32,000 nucleotides of DNA from Candidatus Iainarchaeum sp. (GTDB taxonomy: Archaea > Iainarchaeota > Iainarchaeia > Iainarchaeales > VGJJ01), in contig JAUYHT010000006.1 of NCBI GenBank assembly GCA_030688545.1, positions 150,001 through 182,000 of the forward strand, given 5' to 3'. Made by a program: the position numbers and the translations under genes. Below are positions 17,401-26,800 of this stretch, in pieces (position 1 is the stretch's first letter; every line of letters begins with the position of its first letter). The notes below the pieces were generated by a model. That model did not search any database. It saw nothing but the letters and a program-made list of their open reading frames with translations, and was not told the DNA's origin.

Positions 17401-20400
17401 CACCGTGTCCGCGCTGGGCACCAATCGTACACCCTCGTCGTAGCAATTGTTGTACACCTTTCCCTTCACCGGCTTCTGGATGAAATCATTAAAACGGTAT
17501 TTGGTGGTGTTCAGGGAGATGCAATCCTGGTTGACCTCCGTGGGGGATCTCACGAGGACGCTTATGAACGCCACTTCCGTGGAAGGATCCGTACTCCCTT
17601 GCGCGCGGGCATTTACGTTCACCCCATATTTGCCTATGCGGTAACCGGGTTGCACGAACACCCGCTGCGTTTGCGTGGGTTTCAGTGAAAAGGTTCCCTG
17701 CGAGGACTGGAGATTGGGATCCACATCCAATACTATTTGTACTTCGGATTGGCACGCATTCTCTATGCGAAATTCGGTTCCCGCGCACCCGAATTGTCCT
17801 CCGGCCCCCGGGGCATAATTGTATCGGTCGAAATTGGGGTTGGCAAACGGCCCTTGAGCCCCGGCGAAGTAGTTGGCGGATTGCGGCGTGAACTGGGCCG
17901 AATAGGGACCCATGTTCCCAAACCCATCCACCCCTCCCGGTCCATACGCCCCAGGGTAGGTTCCCGTGAAGAATGGACTCCCATACGTGATATTAGAGGG
18001 AATGGCACTGGTTCCACTGGGATTAGATGTCTGGTTGAGCGTCTGGAACCCGGGGTTGAAATAGGGTACGCCCGTGGGTCGGTAGACTTGATTGTAATAA
18101 TTGCTCATCTGACTAAAACCAGTGTTGAGGGCGCAGGTTTCTATTTCAAGGATGGGAGGAGCGTTGACCCGCACGCATTGCGTCAAATCATTGACGACGA
18201 GGTTCATGGTCACCGTCTTTTCCAGGTGATCCGGAAACCCGGTTCCCGTGAGGTTGGTGGCGCGGAATACGATTTGGGGTTGCGCAACTCCTGAAAGGAT
18301 GTCTCCCGGGGCGAATGTAATGGTCACAATGGCCTCCCCATTGGCGGGGATGGCATCCAAAACGGTTTCATAAGCGGCCCCCAGGGTTTTGGTTTCCTGA
18401 GTCGTGGCACCGGTGAACGTCCCCAGGGAGTTCCCCGCGAGCTGTTTTACTTTCACCGCGAGGTCCGTGAGACGCACGGGAACCCCTTTCACCGTGCACG
18501 TGTTCTTGATCTCAAAGGCCTGCTGTTTCCTTTCCTTGGTTCCCACGAACGCATCCCAGGTCACGGGCTGTACGAGCAAACAATCCTCCACATCCACTTC
18601 CCCCCCGAATCCCAACTTGAGAGTGAGGGGAAGGGCATTGGTGAAGACTTTTCCCGAGGCTTCGTTTTCCACGATCACGAGGAGACTCCCTTTGAATGTT
18701 TTGGCGGCCAATAATTTCCTTCCTTTATCGGTGAGGTCGAGCGTGAATTGGATATTGGCATCCCCATTCACCGGCAATGTTTCCCCGATGACTTCATGGG
18801 TGATGAGGTCGAACCGCACGAGTTCCTCAAAATCCCCCGAGAGTTTGACATCTCGTATCACGAGGGGAATGCTGGCCAAATTCAGGGCGCGCACCTCTTT
18901 GGCCTTGCGCCCCGTGCCATTGATGATAAGCGTTTCATTCAATTGGGCCGGCTGGAACAGGAGGATGTCGGCTCCCACGGTGATGGATATGGTCACTGGC
19001 TTATACCCAGGTTTGGAAAGGGTAATGTCCAATTTGTCATTGACATTGGGTTCATTCAGTTCGAATGGAAAAATCCCCTCCCCATCCGTGAACCCGCTCG
19101 CGTGGAGCACGCTATTCTTCAGCACCTGCACATTCACATTTTCCAATGGAATAGCGGTTTCCCCCAGGGGTTTAGTTACGCGCACCAGGATTTGGTTGGA
19201 TAGCAAAGGCAGTATGGCCTTGGGCACGATTTCCACTGTGAATACTTCGGCCGCGTCCACCCGGATAACCACATCCCTCGAAAACAATTCCTTTTTGTTG
19301 CTGACCATCTTGAGCGAGACGATGGATGTTCCTTCCTTGCTCGCGTCCACGTTCACGAATCCGAATACGACATTGTTTTGTTGGATGATGCCCACAGGTA
19401 TCTCCGCTTTGTTCCCAGCTACGTTTCCCGTGCGCTTGGCCCCCACCGCATTAGTCACCTCGAATGCTCCTAAAGAGGCGCTCCCCGAGCTGGATTGGAT
19501 CACCAAAGACGTGTCTTGCAACACTGCCTCCGAGGTACTATGAATGGTGAATAACATTTTGTGTCGTGTCCCAATATCCAATGTGGTGTCCCCCAGAAGA
19601 GGGGTTTGCAACCCATTGGCAATATCCTCCATCACGAGGGCGGCGCAGAATTCCTGGCTGCACACGCTCGCGCTCGCTCCCACACTGTAGGAAGCCAAAT
19701 TAGTATTGGCATACAACCCCTGCTTCTGTTGGGTGGATTCGGCTCCCGCCAATACCGCGTCCACTGGAAATCGTACGAATGATCCCGTTTTCCCCCACCC
19801 GCGGTAAAACAATGGCAAATCCGTCCCTTGGGCCACGCTGTCCTTCACCCGCACATCCACTTCCACGATAGTAATGCCTTCCCGCGGGTTCTCGAAAACG
19901 ATGTTGCCCCATTTCGCCTCTCCCGAGGTGAGGTGCTGGGCATCAATCCCCAATCCGGTGGGCGGGGTATATGTGGTGCCCCGTTGGATGTTAGTGGTGG
20001 GGGCACGGATATTAACCAGGGTCCAGGCATCATTCTCCATAGGATTCGTCTGCCCATCTACGGCGTTCCCTGTGCGCACGTGCATCCCCGTCTCATTGAA
20101 AATAGCATTGCGCGGGATGAAGAGGCCGAGTTGAATGGTATACGTTTGCCCCGGCGCCAATCCCGCGTCCGCGAGAAGAGGTTGGGTATTCACCCAGGTG
20201 CCGAGCACCCGCACTTCGAGGCGCTGGATATCCTTTACCAATTGCGCCGCCACCATTTGGGTTATTCCTTTCTTGAGGGCAATGGGTAGGGTTGTATAGG
20301 GAAGATGCTCCCCCTCCGTGATCACGAAATACACCTGCTTGTCGGCCCGTAATGTCACTTCTTTAGTCCCATCCACGTCGAGGGAAATCTCATTCCCCTC

Positions 20401-22005
20401 ATTCTGGTGGGTGCGCGCATCAATAGGTTGGAGTCGGGCGCCCGCGAGGGGTTGTCCATCGAAACCAGTGACTTTAACAAGGATATTTCCCGTCCCAATC
20501 GTGAGGCGGATGGTGCTCTCGACATTCTCCCGGGCCCGCACCTCGAATACGTCCGATCGTATCTGGTCGGAAAACCCGGGTTTGTAGGCGCTCGCGAAAT
20601 AACTTCCTTCTTCTAATGAGAGGAATAACACCGTGCCCCCTGCTCCCGTGGTCTTACTACTTCCAACCGTCGCTCCATTCCCTGATCGTTTCAATGAAAC
20701 AATGGCGTTCTCCACGGGCTTCCCCAATTCGTCCACGACTCGAATAGTAACCCCTTGGGAATTCTGCAAGGTGGCTTTCGCCACCCCTATCTGGGTGTAG
20801 CCGGCCTCCGACACGGTGACTGGAACATTGGTCTTGAGATACGCCGGATGATCGATTCCCACTGAAAGATTTTGGGTGGTTGACACCGCGAAGGTTACTT
20901 GTCCTCCCTCATTGGTCTGCTTCTGCGTCACTACTTGATTAGCCCGGCTCAGGATGACGATGGCTCCCGACACCGGGCTTAATGTTGATTCATCCACTAT
21001 TTGGAGGCGCACATCCCCAATGGTTTTGGGCTTCATGGTTAAGGTGATGGTGGCCGGGGCGTTTCCCATAACTTGCGTGGGAGCGCTTTCTATGGGCGCG
21101 TACAGATCGTCATACGCCCCCACCACATACGTGTCTTCTACCAGCCCCCTGAATTCAGCAAACCCCGTGGGATCGGTGAATTGGGTGTAGAGGACATCCC
21201 CAAAGGGATTGAGAATATTGATCGTGGCGCCCGCAATAGGTTGCGTCTGTTCATTGATGACGGTGACGCGAATAATCCCATTTCCTTGCACGGGGGGCAC
21301 CACGTATACGGCAGGCTGGTTGCTTTCGAGATCAATGATCCCTGACTCTAATCGCACCCTATCGTCCAAAGATATAGCGGTGAGCGTGCCGCAGGATCCG
21401 GGCACGGATAATGAAATGAGGCCCGTGTTACTCGTTCGGGTCTCCGAGTAAGTGGCGTCCCCGGAGCAGGCGAATTGCAGGGTCACAGATTCCAAATAGG
21501 ATTCACTGGAGTTGGCGCGATATACCTGGAGGGCAATGGAAGTAATTACATTGGTCGGACTCCCAATGAGGCTGATACGAGGAGTGCTGCTGCTAACGAT
21601 AAGCGTGCGCTCTTGAAATGTATGGGTGTCCGAAGTGGCTCGAACAGTAATCGTTTGTCCCCCCGCCAACCCCGAAAATGAAGCGTTCCCCGTCGCGTCC
21701 GTGAGGAGGGTGCGCGAAACATTATCCCCCTGGATCTGGATGGAAACATTGGCCAACGGATTTTGGGTGTCGTCCTGCGCCAACACGTTGAGAGTGTTTC
21801 CCACGAGAATACTCCCACCCCCCAGAGCGGTGAACAACCCCACCAGCACCAAAAATGTCACCAATACCGCAAGAGGAAACGTAGGGATGTTCTGGGCCTC
21901 AATCTTATCTATTATACTATACACCGGCAACCCATGCTTATCCATCCAGTCGAGCAACGCGTAATATTTGTCCTCCCCCGCCGTGTATAGCCCCTTCAGC
22001 CCCAT
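14428..22005 (-). CDS. Giant signal-anchored surface protein, paralog G3 (2,525 aa)
   Basis: Uninterrupted 7.6-kb ORF. ATG 22005 gives MGLKGLYTAGEDKYYALLDWMDKHGLPVYSIIDKIEAQNIPTFPLAVLVTFLVLVGLFTAL. Beta-sandwich repeats are present (e.g. VTIRVVDELGKPVENAIVSLKRSGNGATVGSSKTTGAGGTVLFLSLEEGSYFASAYKPGFSD). There is a G/Y/F/N/P/Q-rich low-complexity segment and the motif TQYFCDATQF. The C-terminal half is collinear with G2. Confidence 0.9.
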   Translation of the reverse strand: MGLKGLYTAGEDKYYALLDWMDKHGLPVYSIIDKIEAQNIPTFPLAVLVTFLVLVGLFTALGGGSILVGNTLNVLAQDDTQNPLANVSIQIQGDNVSRTLLTDATGNASFSGLAGGQTITVRATSDTHTFQERTLIVSSSTPRISLIGSPTNVITSIALQVYRANSSESYLESVTLQFACSGDATYSETRTSNTGLISLSVPGSCGTLTAISLDDRVRLESGIIDLESNQPAVYVVPPVQGNGIIRVTVINEQTQPIAGATINILNPFGDVLYTQFTDPTGFAEFRGLVEDTYVVGAYDDLYAPIESAPTQVMGNAPATITLTMKPKTIGDVRLQIVDESTLSPVSGAIVILSRANQVVTQKQTNEGGQVTFAVSTTQNLSVGIDHPAYLKTNVPVTVSEAGYTQIGVAKATLQNSQGVTIRVVDELGKPVENAIVSLKRSGNGATVGSSKTTGAGGTVLFLSLEEGSYFASAYKPGFSDQIRSDVFEVRARENVESTIRLTIGTGNILVKVTGFDGQPLAGARLQPIDARTHQNEGNEISLDVDGTKEVTLRADKQVYFVITEGEHLPYTTLPIALKKGITQMVAAQLVKDIQRLEVRVLGTWVNTQPLLADAGLAPGQTYTIQLGLFIPRNAIFNETGMHVRTGNAVDGQTNPMENDAWTLVNIRAPTTNIQRGTTYTPPTGLGIDAQHLTSGEAKWGNIVFENPREGITIVEVDVRVKDSVAQGTDLPLFYRGWGKTGSFVRFPVDAVLAGAESTQQKQGLYANTNLASYSVGASASVCSQEFCAALVMEDIANGLQTPLLGDTTLDIGTRHKMLFTIHSTSEAVLQDTSLVIQSSSGSASLGAFEVTNAVGAKRTGNVAGNKAEIPVGIIQQNNVVFGFVNVDASKEGTSIVSLKMVSNKKELFSRDVVIRVDAAEVFTVEIVPKAILPLLSNQILVRVTKPLGETAIPLENVNVQVLKNSVLHASGFTDGEGIFPFELNEPNVNDKLDITLSKPGYKPVTISITVGADILLFQPAQLNETLIINGTGRKAKEVRALNLASIPLVIRDVKLSGDFEELVRFDLITHEVIGETLPVNGDANIQFTLDLTDKGRKLLAAKTFKGSLLVIVENEASGKVFTNALPLTLKLGFGGEVDVEDCLLVQPVTWDAFVGTKERKQQAFEIKNTCTVKGVPVRLTDLAVKVKQLAGNSLGTFTGATTQETKTLGAAYETVLDAIPANGEAIVTITFAPGDILSGVAQPQIVFRATNLTGTGFPDHLEKTVTMNLVVNDLTQCVRVNAPPILEIETCALNTGFSQMSNYYNQVYRPTGVPYFNPGFQTLNQTSNPSGTSAIPSNITYGSPFFTGTYPGAYGPGGVDGFGNMGPYSAQFTPQSANYFAGAQGPFANPNFDRYNYAPGAGGQFGCAGTEFRIENACQSEVQIVLDVDPNLQSSQGTFSLKPTQTQRVFVQPGYRIGKYGVNVNARAQGSTDPSTEVAFISVLVRSPTEVNQDCISLNTTKYRFNDFIQKPVKGKVYNNCYDEGVRLVPSADTVTIASLKDAKGNTTLDPKQGVSQQPNSLVQDIQIIGISTQGDGRDTVQVLEFQIFPDLTTYQHQLSPFDQGGSFPKQVLDLKFFAELNYYRVESYGTISVKYLDPYGGPQQKPFPVIFENLFNLASAINPLLQGGSESITNYSECVNEDALRFRAIGTDTGAAALEFGDAEFQGQTILTHTTKAPNAVLKTGIIDGKEFCGQVDYIRSVTPTILTSRQNPSVQAIFSVSGKHDLQVQINRPLNLTQEAVIEGILTLEVTRTIANPGTQKVSLPVRIVIKPVGKPSTAIFTPQACTETGYEKGPGFVSKYGFDRLTWDWTYEGSPDCTQYFCDATQFMIFTSKRLKEFDTFVKANQASGLFSDADKDYTSQNFVLAIHDQITVTDDQTTGKPTRSFFVNSAGDGVVKETTSSQSAKLLIDNVFTALSNAPNLNEVPADYTSYVAFVKQKFEEIQNNAAGNKLAEQLVIVLDADKVSRLVATGIKGMGADEVTFPNGEKKYVWLFSEFRHFFDESNKINPTLCGTDCWALASLTQPGDSHQFTPGVYRAIYDAVESVQVGMLVPTDTEAEAWDAARLGYVLSHARQKGGLTFQDTAYADIDSLRGRFVDMNVYMMQDAFSQFLLSDLAFVSGEGYDYPAAFNNQMLTNLDIIQRMLISPPVPEAGLYPASFVATWENDSDGVKSLAVRIKRDAVSYLSLGEIDTQLNSGNTAYADNPFFRIPFNGKTGVGRVRSGYGVGLSLPAVSAGMPYRDDSVGFTSSIPSTGVPLLTLQTYETISAIGDLVAAQGVPTFFRLEGRGGGYSFQYAPSTPAPIRLRMDSPASQPALQYTIVESGQAAIPPGVAINGASIRWIDCANPNGIPVSSTTGPTCNTGRPGDFSLVGDLAGNEYVYTGMAFIPPEKNYRLLPACTTGTADVKTISNTVGLPPASPSTQVQFMDLRGPAAAPQSLQDILARIQTGQACGDISKDVFTVIWDLASEDVVPAALQCTAT

Positions 22006-22027
22006 GCTCCAGGAATCCGTTTACCCC

Positions 22028-22037
22028 TTTTTATATG
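22028..22037 (-). promoter_or_regulatory. TATA-like box upstream of G3 (minus-strand reading CATATAAAAA)
   Basis: Centred about 28 nt upstream of ATG 22005 in the 85-nt gap after the pilin-like gene, a leaderless-type spacing. TTCCGGCCGGGAATCC lies just upstream on the minus strand. Confidence 0.55.
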
Positions 22038-22090
22038 TTGGGGGATTCCCGGCCGGAAACACCCATTCCGTGGCTAATTAGGGAAATCCT

Positions 22091-23842
22091 TTACTCGCAC
22101 GCGCTCACATCAATGGTGCATTCCTGCGCACTGTTGGCGGGATAGCATCGGAGATCCCCTCCCGTGAAGGGCGTTCCTTGCGTTTGTCCATACACCACGC
22201 ACTGGTTGACCCCATCCCCATATTGGGTGAACAGGGGCACGTTGTTCACGTAGTCGCAGGGATCAGATGGGTCCAGGGAGTTGTTTCCACAAACAACGGG
22301 GGGCGGATGATACGTGTCGGGCAAAGCGCACGCGGTCTCCGGGCAGGCGCCCGCACTCACGATATCGCCCGTGACGAATAGTCCCGCGTAATCGCGGATG
22401 GTGGTCAGGCAATAACTCGTGCACCGTTCGACTTGCGCATTGGCCGCAAATGAATCGAGGATGCGCACCTCATACCGCAGGGGGGATCGGTGATCCACTA
22501 CCGCGTACTGCGTGTTCGTATCCTCGAAGCGGAGGGTCACATTGATGGTTGAGAGTTTGGTGCAGTGCGCCTCCACTCCAAAGCTGGGGGCGTTTTCCAA
22601 TCCCTCAAATGTAATCGTTTTACTGGGCACCCCCACGGGTTGACTCACAACAGTAATGTTGTTGGTGAGCAATCGAAAGTCAGGCGTTTGTGCGAGTTGG
22701 GTGAGGTTTATCTGCACTTGGTTCCCGATGATTCCTCGCGTGAGGGTGGAGAGTGCGGCCGCGCGCGATGGACCCACGGCGGGATCATAATGCGTGATGT
22801 TGGCATTGATAGATTGGCATAGGTTAAGCGATGCCGCGGGGGCATCGCAGGTTAATGGAACATTCTGGGGATAATAATCCTCGAATAGCGTCAATCCCGA
22901 TTGCTCGGCCGGGCAGAGGTTTCCACCCTGCGCCCCCGGTGGGGGTTGCGCCCCGGGGCCTATCTGCGCGAGTCCGGGAGTAAACGGTTGGCTACGGTAT
23001 CCGCACGCCCCCGAATCACACATTCCAACTCCCAAATTATTCAGTTGCGCATGAAACTGGGGGGATAACAATCCCCCGCCCCCCACCAATTGTCCTTGGG
23101 CCAATTCATGCGAATATTTGAGCGCGCGAAAAATGCGCAAGGGCACATAGATGCGGAATTGCCCGCGAGGGATTACCGGAGACACGATAACTCGTCCCGA
23201 TGAGGGATCCCTCACGTGGATGGCGGGCAATTTCTCGTATTCGTCATCCGATATCAATGAAAAATCCAGGTTCACATAGAATGTTCCCACGCATTCCACG
23301 GGGGGTGTGGTTTCATCACATTGGATGACTTGCAAGTAGTCCTTTTGTGCCCCGGCGGTCTGGTTCAGCACGCTTTCGATGGCCTGCTTGATCTCGGGTT
23401 CTTGTCCCCCTTGAATGGTAAGCGTGTAACCCCCGATGCTCCTTTCTTTGGTGAGAATGATTTGATATAAATTGGCGGCAATTCGCCCGGCGATGATACT
23501 CCCATTGTTCCCTCCGAAATAGAAGGTGGAGAAATGCCCGATAACGTCCTTCCATTGTTGGGATTGGGCGCTGTACAAATAGGGGTTGTCCGGGGTCTGG
23601 GTGTATTCCTCAATAGCATTGCGGATGCCATAATTAACCACCTGCAATGCGTCCGCGCGCGTCAGATCCGCGAGGGTTTGCATCCGGCTCTGCGCTTCGA
23701 TCTCCAACACCACTTCATTACTTGTGCGTTCCGCATTAATCATCGTATTAATGAGCAATCCCGCAAGGAGAATGAGGATGGCCGCCAGGAGCGCGGTGAA
23801 GAGGGTGAATCCCCTTTGGTTGCTAACTCGATTTGGTTTCAT
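22091..23842 (-). CDS. Type IV pilin-like (class III signal peptide) Cys-rich secreted protein, 583 aa
   Basis: The track ORF 22091..23950 overlaps the end of G4. The internal ATG 23842 gives MKPNRVSNQRG/FTLFTALLAAILILLAGLLINTMI: a short basic leader, a Gly, then ~22 hydrophobic residues. That is a prepilin-type signal, with Thr rather than Glu at +5. The mature part has 18 Cys, often in close pairs (CDETTPPVEC, CDSGACGY, CTSYC, CPETAC, ECTIDVSACE at the C-terminus). Confidence 0.8.
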   Translation of the reverse strand: MKPNRVSNQRGFTLFTALLAAILILLAGLLINTMINAERTSNEVVLEIEAQSRMQTLADLTRADALQVVNYGIRNAIEEYTQTPDNPYLYSAQSQQWKDVIGHFSTFYFGGNNGSIIAGRIAANLYQIILTKERSIGGYTLTIQGGQEPEIKQAIESVLNQTAGAQKDYLQVIQCDETTPPVECVGTFYVNLDFSLISDDEYEKLPAIHVRDPSSGRVIVSPVIPRGQFRIYVPLRIFRALKYSHELAQGQLVGGGGLLSPQFHAQLNNLGVGMCDSGACGYRSQPFTPGLAQIGPGAQPPPGAQGGNLCPAEQSGLTLFEDYYPQNVPLTCDAPAASLNLCQSINANITHYDPAVGPSRAAALSTLTRGIIGNQVQINLTQLAQTPDFRLLTNNITVVSQPVGVPSKTITFEGLENAPSFGVEAHCTKLSTINVTLRFEDTNTQYAVVDHRSPLRYEVRILDSFAANAQVERCTSYCLTTIRDYAGLFVTGDIVSAGACPETACALPDTYHPPPVVCGNNSLDPSDPCDYVNNVPLFTQYGDGVNQCVVYGQTQGTPFTGGDLRCYPANSAQECTIDVSACE

Positions 23843-23891
23843 GGTATCCCCAACCCCCTTTCCTCTTCCTTCCAATTGAAACCATCGATTA

Positions 23892-26800
23892 TTACCCACA
23901 GTCAACCCACGTCGCGGGCGCCACATACGCATCATTAGGGAGCAGGTCAATGGTCATGATCCTCCCTGTTTCGTTCTCAGAATCCTGACCCACCGTGATG
24001 GCATAGCTCTGCCCCTTCTCGAATACCAATTCTTGCGTCACCGCATCCAACACATTATTCGATCCCGTCTGGAGCGTTATTTTGTTCTCTATTTCCTTCG
24101 TCAGCATGCTCCGGTAGGCGAAATACCCCGCCACATTCCCCGCGCCCCCGCACACCAAACCTTGTCCCACGGCTTTGGTGATTTTCCCTGCTTTCGTCTG
24201 GAAATATTTGGAGGGGATTTTGAACGATTTGGCTTTTTCCAAAGATTCGCTCGCCAGACGGGAAACATCGCTCGCGTGGTGTTTGAACACCTCATCCGGA
24301 TATGGGGACGCGTATCCCGTTCTCAACGCCTTCCTAAGGGAAGTTGTTTCCTTGTCAATTTGCGTGATACGGTCCAACACTTGCCCTTTCAGGGCATCCA
24401 TTTCCGCTTTATTGAATCCCGGTTTGCCCTCATAAGCAGTAATGAGGTTATCGAATTTTTGGGCCGCATTATTTTGGATGGACGCGAAATTCCGGATCTG
24501 TTTCGCCCACTGGTCGGCCTCTACCACTGGAATGGTAGCGATTCGGGCAGGCTGTCGTACGCCGCCAGCCGGGGTGGGTGGAATGGTTAAATCCTTGAAC
24601 CGTTCCATGTAGCCGGCCGCTACTAGTTTATTCCCTTCGATGCGCGTGATGATCTGTCGTTGGGTCTGTTCGATGAATGCCAAGTCAGTTTCTTTGATGA
24701 GATTAGTGGGATCCCCCACGCTCACCTTGCGCACGGGTTTCCATAGATTCTTGGGAACCGATGTCAGAGTTCCAAAGGCGGCTCCCGCGGCCGCGGGTTC
24801 GTTTTCCTCATCGATGTCAAAGGCAAAGTCGGTTCCTTCGCGCAACGCATTAACAGGATATCCCGCGATGTCGGCAGGGGTCTCCAAAAAGGTTCCATCC
24901 GCCTGTTCCTGGTGCACCGAAAACCATCCCGCCGCGCCCCCGGCGCCGCAGGATACGGCACAGTCGATGGCGCCCGCAGCCAGCGTCGTCCCCCCAAATA
25001 TGAGACCGGCGCCCAATTGGCACGCCCCGCAGGTGATGGCGCAGGTGGCTCCGAAGGATAGGAGAGAGGCATCTTGGCGTTGACGCAAGGCTGCTTCATA
25101 CACCGGGTTGTCAATGGCTTTGATCCCTTGCCCCGCATAACTCACATAGGATTCTCCCAACCCGCGTGTGGCGCTCAACTGCTGGGTCACCTGCTGAATG
25201 GTTTTCTGGGATTGATCTTCCGTCCAATCCACTGTTCCATGCCACGTCCCATCCCCTTTCTGCAAGGCTTTGGATAGCAATTGTTCCGGGGTCTGCGTGC
25301 AGGTACGGAGTTCGATTGAAAGGGGATCGGCGCGCACCCCGTCCAATGTCCGCGTAGCGATGCTTTCCACTTTCACCCGGTCGGCGCGCTGTTGGATGCG
25401 CGGATCGGTTTGGCCGCAGAGGAGCACCTCTTTCCGGTATACTTGTCCATTGGGATCGAAACCCAATTCGTATTCCGCTCCATAGGTAATAATATTAGTG
25501 GGTCGCTCAGATAATGCTTCTTCCGCCCCTCCGGTTTCATACAGATTCAATTCCGTGAGCCCCGGAATAGTGGTTCCATTGGGGTTGAGGGTATAGGAAA
25601 CATTGCTCTTGATGTCCGACCTGGATTCTAAGGTGCAGCACGCGAGGGAAGAGCGGACCGCCAATCCGTTCACATTCGATGCTCCCGGGGAACACCCCTC
25701 ATACGTGAACGCCCCCACGTCCTTGATGGAGAAGATGCGCCACGTCTGCAAATCGGGAGTAACACACCCATTCACATTACTCCCAAGGGAAGTGAGTATT
25801 TGCCCCACTTCCGAGATGACTTCTTTGGGCACATTTCCCTGGGTTCGTTTGACCGTCGTGAGGATGCGTTTGGGATCATTTCCTGTCGTAGTGGGATCCA
25901 GAGTGAGTTCCACTACACTCTCAGTTAGGTTCCCGATGCGCAAATCCAGGTGATTGCTTCCCGTGCGGAGGGCATACCTGTTCGGGCTCCCGAATACGGT
26001 GTCAGCCAACCATTCCCCTTGCGTGCGAAGCTCATCCGAGGATGTCACCATCCCCAAAAGGGTGTTCCGGTTGTTGTTGAAAGTAAGCGTCCCATCGCGG
26101 GGAAGAAAGTTAGCCGCATTAGTAATGGTGTCCTGGCATTCGGCGGTTTTCCGGTAAGTCACATGGGCCACCCCCACATTGATGTGGTTGGGTTGCAGTT
26201 GGTTGGCGGCCACCTCCACTCCCCCCATTAACGTAAGGGTGTATTGTCCGCATCCCTGGAGGGGCGGGATGAATACCAATCCCCCTAATCCCGTGCCGAG
26301 GCGTGAACGGAATACCTCTTCGGGATTCTCTCCTTGCAATCCCGGGTTGAGTTGCGCCTGCATCCCTTTGAGGCGGGGGTATTTTTCTCCCTGCATGGCA
26401 TAGTTCATGATTTCAGGAGAAACGATGTCATGTTGCAAATACAGATCGAATGTCAGATTTTGTATGCCTAATTGGGGAAAAGTGCAATACCTCTGCGTCA
26501 AATCGCACCCCGTGAATTGGGAGGCATCATTCTTTTTTCCCTGCATGAGTTGGACGGTTTTGGAAATCTGTTGTTCGATGGTTTTGGATAAGAAATTGGC
26601 CGCCTGTTCGGCATCGCAGTATGCTTGCGTGCATTCATCCTTTTGGGCCACCACGGGGAATCGCACATCAATAGTGCCCCCGCCGCATAAGGGCACAGGG
26701 ATAGCATTCGTTGAGAGTCCTTGCTCCAGTTCGTTCTCCCCAATGCGAATATCGATGAGGAGTGGATTGCTCGCCACGCCCCTTTGGGATAGGACTTGGA

